From positions 248,001 through 312,000 of IMG/VR virus record IMGVR_UViG_3300011113_000640: a stretch of DNA of 64,000 bases; one strand, given 5' to 3'. Every line of letters starts with the position of its first letter. Position 1 is the stretch's first letter. Positions 62,759 through 64,000 of this stretch are shown piece after piece. Below the pieces are notes generated by a model that was given only the letters and a program-made list of their open reading frames with translations, had not been told where the DNA came from and made no database searches. A program made the position numbers and the translations under genes.

Positions 62759-64000
62759 TTACCACTCAAATAAAGTTTGGAACGTGTTTTCTGTGTTGGT
62801 GGCACTGGCTAAATCCCATCCCAACACACCCAGCAAGTTGTCAATCTTTTGATCCACCACGGTGGCTTCCATTTCTGTGTCATCAAAGGGAAGTTCCTTG
62901 AACCATGCAGGCAAATGTATTTCGTCTGTGGGATAGCCTATGCTGGTCCAACCCAGGGGATTTGACTTGAGTTTGCACACGATGGTCTTCATGCCATCAA
63001 CAATCTGCATGCTGTACTTGTCTGAGTTCATCCTGCGTAAGTTGTTCCAGTTGATGGCCGCACGCACATGGCCGGGCATGTTAGCCTTGCCCAAGCGTTC
63101 TTCTTCCTTGGCATACTTGGTTAGATTGTTCACACGCTTGGGACTTCCTTTCTCCCAACCTGGACGCTCTTTGAACGCATACTTGAACTCACGTATCTTT
63201 TCAATAATCTCGTCGCGTGTCCGGCCTGTGAGCACATCGTTGAGAATCTCACTGAGGAAGTCCTGGATGACCTTGGGCGTATCTGATCTCTTGAGATCCA
63301 AGCCCATGGCCTTGACTCGACCTGGTTCGCCATGCGTGTCCACACGCTTGTTCTCTTTGTCATAGTACATGACAGCATAACGTTTCTTGGTAATGAACAA
63401 GCCCTTGCTAGCCACAATCTCACGACCGCCACGTATGACTTCGCCCATGGCTCTGGGCACATGAAATGCCTGTTCCATGAATCCAGGAAAACTTTCATTG
63501 ACCTGATCTGCGATTGAATTGTATAGTTGTACCGCAATCTCACGCGACCAGGTCATATTGCCGGCTTCGATCTCAGGTTTTAACACAGGATATGCCGAAA
63601 AGTAGCAGGAGTCTGTGTCACCATAGATGATGGCTTCGCCTACATGGTCGTACACACCTGTGATACACTCGTTGACATAAGCATCCATGTGTCGAGCAAT
63701 GGCACGACCTGTGAGTGTAGTTGATTGACCGATGCGTTTATCAAAGAATCTACAACCAGGATTGAGAATAGCACCATACAATGAATTCAAGTTAATCTTT
63801 TTGACCAACTGACGCTTGTCCCAGTATTCTTCATCCTCGGGATTCTTGCACTCCTTGAGCCGGGCCTGCATTTCTTTGCGTTCAGCATACCAGCGTTTGA
63901 GCAGGCCAGGGATCACTGCCTCTCGCTCATAGGTAAAGATAGTGCCATTGGCTGTGATCATCCAGGGCTGGTTGCTGTCAAAGATCATGCGCCAGACTTC
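62759..64000 (-). CDS. polB: Family B DNA polymerase (T4 gp43-like), C-terminal part; continues beyond window
   Basis: KKINLNSLYG, YGDTDS, KKRYA, MGLD.KRSDTP. Confidence 0.96.
   Translation of the reverse strand, partial: EVWRMIFDSNQPWMITANGTIFTYEREAVIPGLLKRWYAERKEMQARLKECKNPEDEEYWDKRQLVKKINLNSLYGAILNPGCRFFDKRIGQSTTLTGRAIARHMDAYVNECITGVYDHVGEAIIYGDTDSCYFSAYPVLKPEIEAGNMTWSREIAVQLYNSIADQVNESFPGFMEQAFHVPRAMGEVIRGGREIVASKGLFITKKRYAVMYYDKENKRVDTHGEPGRVKAMGLDLKRSDTPKVIQDFLSEILNDVLTGRTRDEIIEKIREFKYAFKERPGWEKGSPKRVNNLTKYAKEEERLGKANMPGHVRAAINWNNLRRMNSDKYSMQIVDGMKTIVCKLKSNPLGWTSIGYPTDEIHLPAWFKELPFDDTEMEATVVDQKIDNLLGVLGWDLASATNTENTFQTLFEW

Noticed and set aside
62759-63988. Split or intein-containing DNA polymerase
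   Set aside because: The frame stays open to the window edge and the polymerase motifs are contiguous; this is window truncation
1-64000. CRISPR array, rRNA, integrase or transposase
   Set aside because: No regularly spaced repeats, rRNA signatures or recombinase motifs were seen by eye
1-64000. Stop-codon reassignment
   Set aside because: Recognisable enzymes are full length in the standard code, TAA, TAG and TGA all end genes, and no suppressor tRNA is present

Overview
A 64-kb segment of a large T4-like (jumbo-type) tailed phage genome. It is densely coded, mostly on the minus strand, with many ATGA stop/start overlaps, and reads cleanly in the standard bacterial code. The host is probably a betaproteobacterium (Bug/TctC protein, DUF3460-like protein, TorF-like porin, tmRNA tag ending NDEVFALAA). 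From left to right: (1) radical-SAM enzymes, a carbamoyltransferase, an amidinotransferase and amino-sugar enzymes (1-13.6 kb); (2) an AAA+ ATPase and a VWA-metallopeptidase bracketing an array of about 8 small paralogues (15-20 kb); (3) a translation island with 7 tRNAs, a circularly permuted two-piece tmRNA, an RpoZ-like protein and two outer-membrane beta-barrels (22-31 kb); (4) RNase H, NadE, Ugd and a dideoxy/branched-sugar pathway (33-48 kb); (5) a 7-deazaguanine pathway (FolE, QueD, QueE, a TGT/DpdA-like protein, an LxxxHRHxF QueD paralogue, no QueC seen) linked to a GT-B glycosyltransferase and GalE beside the sliding clamp and PolB (38-64 kb). The strongest candidates for undescribed biology are a leader-peptide attenuator (33-codon leaderless ORF, antiterminator, terminator) in front of the tRNA cluster, a deazaguanine-plus-glycosylation DNA modification operon, the paralogue array inside the AAA/VWA module, and tRNAs with atypical variable arms. 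All family calls come from motif recognition by eye; no database searches were run.
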